IMG/VR virus record: IMGVR_UViG_3300009593_002680
Length of the DNA stretch: 64,000 nt
Source: a virus
Strand: one strand, 5' to 3'
The notes below the pieces were generated by a model, which saw only the letters and a list, made by a program, of their open reading frames with translations, was not told the DNA's origin and did not search any database. Within the stretch, counting starts at the first letter, position 1, and every line of letters starts with the position of its first letter. Shown in pieces: positions 57,901 to 64,000 of this stretch. The translations under genes were made by a program, and so were the position numbers.

Positions 57901-58450
57901 GTTTAATAATATAATTTTAATTGCTTTAAAAGAAGAAGCACCTACTATGGCTAAATGGAGTAATGTGTTTTTTACAGGTGTTGGAAAAGTAAATGCAGGT
58001 ATTTGTGCTGGTAAACTTATTGAAAGATATAAACCTACAACTGTTTGGAACTTTGGTACAGCAGGTGGTATTAGTGTTAGTAGTGGGTTACATGAAATGA
58101 AAAACTTTGTACAACGTGATATGTTATGCAGTGAACTAGGATTTGGTATAGGACAAACACCTTTTGAAGAAAGTGGTATTATTAGTTTTGGAGACCCAAT
58201 AGATGATATGTGTTGTAGTAGCGGTGATAATTTTGTTAGTGGTGATTCAGATTTGGGCATTATCTCAGATGTGGTAGAAATGGAAGCCTATGCAATAGCA
58301 AAAGCATGTCAAAAAACAGGAACAAATTTTAAATGTTTTAAATATGTAAGTGACCAAGCAGATGAAAATGCTAGTAAAGATTGGAGCGAAACTGTAGCAG
58401 ATGGAGAACAGCATTATATAAACGCATACTTGGATCACAATAATGGCTAA
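57890..58450 (+). CDS. mtnN: MTA/SAH nucleosidase-like (PNP_UDP_1 fold)
   Basis: GVGKVNAG, NFGTAGG, SGDNF, VEMEAYAIA, KYVSDQAD. Confidence 0.82.
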   Translation: MTNEFNNIILIALKEEAPTMAKWSNVFFTGVGKVNAGICAGKLIERYKPTTVWNFGTAGGISVSSGLHEMKNFVQRDMLCSELGFGIGQTPFEESGIISFGDPIDDMCCSSGDNFVSGDSDLGIISDVVEMEAYAIAKACQKTGTNFKCFKYVSDQADENASKDWSETVADGEQHYINAYLDHNNG

Positions 58451-58907
58451 GAAACCTCAAATACCTTTAGCAGAAGTTATGAAAGCCATAGATAAAAAAG
58501 ACCGTGGCTGGTATAATAGATTGAGTGCTGAACAAAAGAAGGCATTTAGTGCCTGGATGATGATGAGGTATGCAAGTAGTGTACAAGGTGGCTCTGCACC
58601 AGATTATATTTGGATGGTTAATGAATTAGTAAATCATAAATTTTCTGACGTAAGTAAATATCCAGAATTACAATGGTTACTGATGACAGCAGTAGGTAGT
58701 GGTAAAGTACAACATCACCCATACATAAAACCACCTAACAGTAAAAGAAAGAAAAATAAAATATCAGATGCTATTGCAAAGATATATCCTCATATTAGTC
58801 AAGAAGAGATAAATTTACTATTAAGCATTAATGATAAAGATGAACTAAAGCAGTTTTTCCAAGCACATGCTTATACAGATAAAGAAATAAAAGAGTTAAT
58901 GAAATGA
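58443..58907 (+). CDS. Possible clamp-loader small subunit (gp62-like)
   Basis: FSAWMMMRYAS, KYPELQWLL, HHPYIK, KIYPH resemble gp62-type proteins; replication gene context. Confidence 0.5.
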   Translation: MAKKPQIPLAEVMKAIDKKDRGWYNRLSAEQKKAFSAWMMMRYASSVQGGSAPDYIWMVNELVNHKFSDVSKYPELQWLLMTAVGSGKVQHHPYIKPPNSKRKKNKISDAIAKIYPHISQEEINLLLSINDKDELKQFFQAHAYTDKEIKELMK

Positions 58908-59572
58908 AGTGTAAATGGTGTAACAAAGAGTTTGCAAGTGAAAGAACACTCTCGGCTCATATGTGCGTAAAGAAAAGACGTTGGGCAGATAGAGATATGA
59001 GCCATATACGTTTAGGACACAGAGCATTTCAAATGTTTTATGAATTGAATACAAGTGCTAAAGAACCTAAGAGTATAGAAGACTTTATTATGAGTCAATA
59101 CTATGAAGCATTTGTAAAGTTTGGTAGAAGTTGTATGACCAATGAATGGTTACAACCAGAAAAGTACACAGAATGGTTAATTAAAAATGGTGTTAAGTTA
59201 AAGCAATGGACATCAGATAGACAGTATGATAAATTTGTAAAAGATTATGTTAGAAAAGAACCAGGACTAAAAGCATTAGAAAGGACTATTATATATCTTG
59301 CTAAATGGAGTGAAGAAAGCGATAACAAATGGCAAGATTACTTTACTACAGTAAGTCCAAGCAGAGCAGTACATGATATAAGAGCGGCAAAAGTTAGTCC
59401 TTGGGTAATATATTTAAGTAGCACAGGCAACAAGTTATTGGAAAGATTCAATGACGAACAAGTCCAAATGATAGATGAGATGATAGATCCTCCATTTTGG
59501 ATGAAACTCTTTACAACAAGTAAAGAAGAAGTAAAAACAATAAAACAAACATGTAAGGATGCAAATATATGA
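58904..59572 (+). CDS. Conserved hypothetical protein with N-terminal Zn finger
   Basis: CKWC...HMC. Confidence 0.72.
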   Translation: MKCKWCNKEFASERTLSAHMCVKKRRWADRDMSHIRLGHRAFQMFYELNTSAKEPKSIEDFIMSQYYEAFVKFGRSCMTNEWLQPEKYTEWLIKNGVKLKQWTSDRQYDKFVKDYVRKEPGLKALERTIIYLAKWSEESDNKWQDYFTTVSPSRAVHDIRAAKVSPWVIYLSSTGNKLLERFNDEQVQMIDEMIDPPFWMKLFTTSKEEVKTIKQTCKDANI

Positions 59573-60246
59573 ACGTTAATTTAGTTAGTTATAGTAAGTC
59601 AGACGGAAGTCACTTAATTGAAAGTACAAGTGCAACAGAGTTAGTTGCCTATTGTGCCAGAGTAAGTAATCCGGAGAACCAATTTAATAAAGAAACAAGT
59701 GATAAACTTATAAAATATTTAATGAAACATAAACACTGGTCACCACTAGAGATGGTTAGTGTGTGTTTAGAAATAGAAACAACAAGAGATATTGGAAGGC
59801 AAATTCTAAGACATAGAAGTTTTAGTTTTCAAGAATTCAGTCAACGTTATGCAGACCCCACAAACAATTTAGACTTTGAAGTTAGAGAAGCAAGATTTCA
59901 AGATCCTAAAAATAGGCAAAATAGTATTGATGCCGATGATACTCATGATTATGAAATTATATCTAAATGGAAAGAAAAGCAAGAGTATTTAATTAGGCTG
60001 GCAAGAGATACATATTTTTGGGCAACTGAAAATGGTATTGCAAAAGAACAGGCAAGAGCGGTACTACCAGAAGGCAATACAATGAGTAGAATGTATGTTA
60101 ATGGTACATTAAGAAGTTGGGTTCACTACATAGAGTTGAGAGGTGCAAATGGTACTCAAAAAGAACATATTGAGATTGCCAAAGCAGTAGCAAAAGTAAT
60201 TAGTAAAATTTTTCCACTAGCAAATGAGGTTATAAACGATGAATGA
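59569..60246 (+). CDS. thyX: Flavin-dependent thymidylate synthase
   Basis: HWSPLE, RHRSFSFQEFSQRY, KEQARAVLP, QKEH. Confidence 0.96.
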   Translation: MNVNLVSYSKSDGSHLIESTSATELVAYCARVSNPENQFNKETSDKLIKYLMKHKHWSPLEMVSVCLEIETTRDIGRQILRHRSFSFQEFSQRYADPTNNLDFEVREARFQDPKNRQNSIDADDTHDYEIISKWKEKQEYLIRLARDTYFWATENGIAKEQARAVLPEGNTMSRMYVNGTLRSWVHYIELRGANGTQKEHIEIAKAVAKVISKIFPLANEVINDE

Positions 60247-60559
60247 ATACACTCTAAGTCCGTATCTCACTGATACAATTACATTGACAAATGACAATGA
60301 TACTGTTACACTTACAGATGGAAGTTTAGATTCTGGATTTACATTACAAGGTATGACAAGTAGTTCAGGAACAGTCACAATTGATACCAGTGTTTTAGAC
60401 CAGAATATTACAATCGGAGGTACAACATTACACGAAAGTGATATTAAAGATATAAGAGTACTATTAGATATTATTAAGGAATTAGATGACGACAATCCTA
60501 TCAAAGCATTGTTTAATTCTAAAAAAATGTTAGACAAAATGAAGGTAAAAGATGAATGA
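60239..60559 (+). CDS. Hypothetical protein
   Basis: Coupled ORF; Thr/Ser-rich N-terminal half. Confidence 0.65.
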   Translation: MNEYTLSPYLTDTITLTNDNDTVTLTDGSLDSGFTLQGMTSSSGTVTIDTSVLDQNITIGGTTLHESDIKDIRVLLDIIKELDDDNPIKALFNSKKMLDKMKVKDE

Positions 60560-60776
60560 AGCATACGCAAAAGAGTGTATAATAGAATGCACAGATAATG
60601 GTAAAACTGTAGAAGCAGAAGTTGGCAACTTTAAACCAGAAGAGTTTTTACAAGTGTTTATGAATACAGTTAAAGTAACATTACAATATCAGCCAGCACA
60701 TAAAGTTTATGTGGGTAGTATGGCTGGTATGGAGTTTGTTACAAACGGACCAAAGGTAGTTGGAACTTATAGATGA
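60552..60776 (+). CDS. Small hypothetical protein
   Basis: Coupled ORF with AAGG RBS. Confidence 0.65.
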   Translation: MNEAYAKECIIECTDNGKTVEAEVGNFKPEEFLQVFMNTVKVTLQYQPAHKVYVGSMAGMEFVTNGPKVVGTYR

Positions 60777-61357
60777 AAATAAATTTTGATGTAGACATCG
60801 ATATGGCAGATAGAGATGAGTTTTTAAAACTTGTTGAACATATTCCTGCTAGTATTAAACGTGATGGTGAATTTGAAAAGCACAACACTGGTGTTTATTT
60901 CCAACCTATTCCAAACTTTCCTGTTGAAGGGTACAGTACAATAGACCACAAAGAAGCAGAGGAATTAGGATACTTTAAAGTTGATTTTCTAAATAACCAT
61001 GTGTACGAAGGTATAAAAGATGAAGCACATCTTGATAAACTACTTAATACAGAACCTATGTGGGAGTTGTTTGGTCATAAAGAAATAGTTGAGCAATTAT
61101 TCCATGTTGGTAATCACTTTGAAATTATTAAACAACACATGCCTAACAGTATAGAACAACTTGCAATGATACTTGCTATGATTAGACCAGGTAAAAGATA
61201 TTTGGTTGGAAACGATTGGTCAGTTATTGAAAAGGAAGTTTGGCAAAAAACAGATGATTATTTCTTTAAAAGAAGTCATGCAATAGGATATGCAACATTA
61301 ATTCTTGTGCAATTAAATTTAATTGTGGAATCTACTCTTCAGGCGGAATCTTCTTAA
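60773..61357 (+). CDS. Miniature DNA polymerase III alpha (DnaE)-like protein, 194 aa
   Basis: Ordered DnaE motifs FDVDID, HNTGV, FKVDFL, AMIRPG, FKRSHAIGYA. Confidence 0.78.
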   Translation: MKINFDVDIDMADRDEFLKLVEHIPASIKRDGEFEKHNTGVYFQPIPNFPVEGYSTIDHKEAEELGYFKVDFLNNHVYEGIKDEAHLDKLLNTEPMWELFGHKEIVEQLFHVGNHFEIIKQHMPNSIEQLAMILAMIRPGKRYLVGNDWSVIEKEVWQKTDDYFFKRSHAIGYATLILVQLNLIVESTLQAESS

Positions 61358-61712
61358 CTAACTGAATACTTCTTCTTTTAATCCTTTTTCTCAAAATATT
61401 TTGCATACTTGTAACAGGACCAAACAGTATTTCTGTTTCTTTGTTAATAAAAGTTCTTAAACAATGTCTAAATTCCATCATTTCTTGATATAAAAATACA
61501 TCTATGGGTAACATTCTATTAGATTCCCACCACCATAAATCAGCATGTTCTAGCATTAAACGTTTCTCATCATCGTTTCTACACTTCTCAATATCGTAAA
61601 AACTTATGATATGTTGGTCTTTATTTTGAACTATTCCTACAAATTCTGTGTCGTTAAATTCTAATCCTGTTAAAAATGGATATTTCTCTTGGAGTTCTTC
61701 TTGTTTAGTCAT
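61332..61712 (-). CDS. Conserved hypothetical protein
   Basis: WWWESNRMLPIDVFL; late promoter 7 nt upstream. Confidence 0.75.
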   Translation of the reverse strand: MTKQEELQEKYPFLTGLEFNDTEFVGIVQNKDQHIISFYDIEKCRNDDEKRLMLEHADLWWWESNRMLPIDVFLYQEMMEFRHCLRTFINKETEILFGPVTSMQNILRKRIKRRSIQLVKKIPPEE

Positions 61713-61718
61713 CTTAGA

Positions 61719-61743
61719 TATTTATAAACAGTATAGATAAATA
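61719..61743. promoter_or_regulatory. Divergent late promoters (TATAAATA minus 61719-61726; GATAAATA plus 61736-61743)
   Basis: Exact motifs between divergent genes. Confidence 0.75.
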
Positions 61744-61767
61744 CATATTATAAATGGAAGATAAATT

Positions 61768-62580
61768 ATGTCATTTGGCAGTAACAATACATTATACATT
61801 TTAGGAAACCCGTCAATCGACCTTGTTTTAACGTCGGACGGTATAACAGTGGACAATAGACCAATGAATCAAACTAAATTAACAATACATAAAGGATTCG
61901 ACTCGCAGTTGAACTTTCATGTAAGAAATAGAGACAGAGTATTACAAAACCTCAGTGGAAAAACATTGTATGCTAGTATTATAAACCCTAATACAAACAA
62001 GAGAGTTGTATTCAAGCAATTAACTTTAGTTAATAGTGGAACAACTGGAGAAGCAAAATTGAATTTTGTTCCAGGAGATTTAACTAACTTGTCACCGGGT
62101 TTATATCAAATTAGTATCAGTGAAAGCAGTGATAGTGGTGTAACACAAAGTCCTTTGTATGCTAACCAAAACGATAGAATTATTACAGATTTAGAAATTA
62201 GAAGTAGTTTAGAGTATGATCCTGTAGCAACACAAGAACAAACAACATTTACTGACCAAGGGTCAAACGTATTTGTTACAAGTGCTATGTATGGTAATCA
62301 GGATAATAACTTTACAAGTAGTCAACACACTATTGGTCTTTATATGACTGATTTTGTTGGTAACGTAACTATACAAGGTTCTGCTTTATCTAGTACACCA
62401 ACACAAGATAGTGATTGGTATAATATTAATGTACAAGGTGACCAAGGATCTGATGCAGTACCTTTTAGTAGTGCATTTAATGGTATAGATGCTTATAATT
62501 TCAATGTCAACACCAATTGGGTCAGGGTTAAATTCGATAAAACCTCGGGTTCTTTGGATAAAGTTTTACTAAGAAATTAG
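61768..62580 (+). CDS. Beta-rich virion structural protein (BppU/Ig-like)
   Basis: Late promoter; beta-strand-rich; DLTNLSPGLYQISI and NWVRVKF segments. Confidence 0.55.
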   Translation: MSFGSNNTLYILGNPSIDLVLTSDGITVDNRPMNQTKLTIHKGFDSQLNFHVRNRDRVLQNLSGKTLYASIINPNTNKRVVFKQLTLVNSGTTGEAKLNFVPGDLTNLSPGLYQISISESSDSGVTQSPLYANQNDRIITDLEIRSSLEYDPVATQEQTTFTDQGSNVFVTSAMYGNQDNNFTSSQHTIGLYMTDFVGNVTIQGSALSSTPTQDSDWYNINVQGDQGSDAVPFSSAFNGIDAYNFNVNTNWVRVKFDKTSGSLDKVLLRN

Positions 62581-62608
62581 TTGACTTTATTCTAATTGGT
62601 GTTATAAT
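62581..62608 (+). promoter_or_regulatory. Sigma70-type promoter for primase
   Basis: TTGACT-16-TATAAT with TG extension. Confidence 0.75.
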
Positions 62609-62617
62609 AGTTTTGTT

Positions 62618-63595
62618 ATGCATCATCACGAACTCGTAGACAACGTACATAGATTACTTATGGATAATTTGCCAATCAATAGTGGCAAAACTCCTAGTGG
62701 CTGGACTACATTTAATTGTCCAATGTGTACTGATAAGAGAAAACGTGGTGGTGTTATACAAAGTAATGCTAAAATAAGTTATCATTGCTTTAACTGTGGA
62801 TTTACAACTGGGTGGGCACCAAGTCCTAAACTAGGTGGTAAGTACAAAAAGTTATGTGAAACTTTGGGTGTGCCAGCAACTGACATACATAAAGTTGTTT
62901 TAGATTTAATGCGACATGCAGAAGAACTAGAAACTGAAGATAATTCAGATTATGTTTATACTGCCGCAAAGTTTGAAACTAGACAACTTCCAGAGGAAAC
63001 CTCGATTGTAGATGATTTACCTGATGACAACAAAGTAAAGCAATATGCTATACAACGTGGCTTATTAGGAAACTATCCTCTATTACATATTAACAACAGT
63101 ATGTATAATGCAAGATTAGTTGTACCTTTTATGTATAACAATCAACTAGTCGGCTGGACAGGTAGGCACATAAACCCACCCAATAAAGAAACAGCAAAAT
63201 ATCTTCTTAACATGCAAAGTGGATATGTGTTTAACATAGATAAATTTGTTGACACAGATAGAGAAGTTGTAGTTGTTGTTGAAGGCGTATTTGATGCAAT
63301 ATTAATAGATGGTATTAGTGTGTTAGGTAATGGCGTAACAGCCGAACAGGCACATTTAATAGACAAACTTAATAAACGTGTTATACTATGTCCTGATAGA
63401 GATGAAGCAGGTAAAGAACTTATTGATAAAGCAATAGAACTAGGATGGGAAATTAGTTTTCCACCTTGGAGCAGTGATTGTAAAGATGCCGCTGATGCTG
63501 TAAATAAATATGGTAGGTTACTTACTTTAGCAAGTATTATAAAACATGCTAGTAGTAATACAGTAAAGAACAAAGTAAAGGCAAAAATGTTATGA
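62618..63595 (+). CDS. DNA primase (Zn-ribbon + TOPRIM), gp61-like
   Basis: NCPMC...HCFNC; VEGVFDAI, CPDRDEAG, KDAAD. Confidence 0.88.
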   Translation: MHHHELVDNVHRLLMDNLPINSGKTPSGWTTFNCPMCTDKRKRGGVIQSNAKISYHCFNCGFTTGWAPSPKLGGKYKKLCETLGVPATDIHKVVLDLMRHAEELETEDNSDYVYTAAKFETRQLPEETSIVDDLPDDNKVKQYAIQRGLLGNYPLLHINNSMYNARLVVPFMYNNQLVGWTGRHINPPNKETAKYLLNMQSGYVFNIDKFVDTDREVVVVVEGVFDAILIDGISVLGNGVTAEQAHLIDKLNKRVILCPDRDEAGKELIDKAIELGWEISFPPWSSDCKDAADAVNKYGRLLTLASIIKHASSNTVKNKVKAKML

Positions 63596-64000
63596 AGTTA
63601 TTAGTAAACGGATGTAGTTTTACAGGAGGTAATGAGGTTATACACGATGAAAGTGGAACATTAGCACCTATACCTGACTATGTTTGGTCTAACCACACAG
63701 GTGTAGATACAACTAATATAGCAATAGCAGGTAATAGTAATGATAAAATTGCTAGAACAACAATAGAGCATTTAAGTAAAAATAATTATGATGGTGTTAT
63801 TGTTCAATGGTCAGCATTGTATAGACTTGAACGTTATATAGAACAATATAAGTTATGGGGAAATATTTGTAATGTACCCGGAGTTCTGCATAAAGAAGAT
63901 ACAGTACCAAACCAAGTTGAGCAACGTGATGGGGAACAGTTGTTTGGATTGCATTTCGATAAATTTGAAGAAGACCACGGAGAAAAGTTAAATACATTAG
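63592..64000 (+). CDS. SGNH/GDSL-like hydrolase, 3'-truncated by the window edge; not in the ORF track
   Basis: MKLLVNGCSFTGG, NIAIAGNSND, VIVQWS; open to the end of the window. Confidence 0.65.
   Translation, partial: MKLLVNGCSFTGGNEVIHDESGTLAPIPDYVWSNHTGVDTTNIAIAGNSNDKIARTTIEHLSKNNYDGVIVQWSALYRLERYIEQYKLWGNICNVPGVLHKEDTVPNQVEQRDGEQLFGLHFDKFEEDHGEKLNTL

Noticed and set aside
44047-60246. Inteins, introns or homing endonucleases in terminase, UvsX, UvsW or ThyX
   Set aside because: All four have ordinary lengths and continuous motifs; no splice-junction, LAGLIDADG, HNH or GIY-YIG signatures were seen.

Overview
The window is a 64 kb, AT-rich segment of a large T4-related myovirus (jumbo-phage-type gene order). 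The host is probably a Gram-negative aquatic bacterium, inferred from a lipoprotein CsgG and a TonB-dependent receptor. Morphogenesis genes: scaffold gp22, major capsid gp23, two long repeat-rich fibres, neck/tail completion gp13/gp14/gp15, sheath gp18, tube gp19, gp4 and terminase. Replication and recombination genes: gp32, UvsX, UvsY, UvsW, primase, ThyX, dNMP kinase and a miniature DnaE-like protein. There are two tRNAs (Ser-GCT, Ala-TGC). Two promoter classes are visible: sigma70-like TTGAC(A/T)-N16-18-TA(T/A)(A/T)(A/C)T and T4-late-like (G/T)ATAAATA, the latter often positioned to give leaderless mRNAs. The most striking accessory locus (11.5-18.9 kb) is a late-promoter-driven cassette of two small membrane proteins, CsgF, CsgG, a curlin-like protein, a FecR-domain protein, a second curlin-like protein, a 156-aa membrane protein and a CHASE2 adenylyl cyclase. 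The two curlin-like proteins and the FecR protein share a C-terminal signature, suggesting a phage-encoded curli-channel/cAMP trans-envelope signalling system. Other accessory content: five tandem Fe(II)/2OG-oxygenase-like paralogues, FNR + B12-type radical SAM + FabZ, an AurF-like diiron protein, a second radical SAM, APRT + MTA/SAH nucleosidase, a TonB receptor, and a possible 5'/3' fold-back RNA around an AAA ATPase gene. Three ORFs are interrupted (two in-frame TAA, one -1 frameshift); these may be sequence errors. All family calls come from motifs recognised by eye; no database searches were run.
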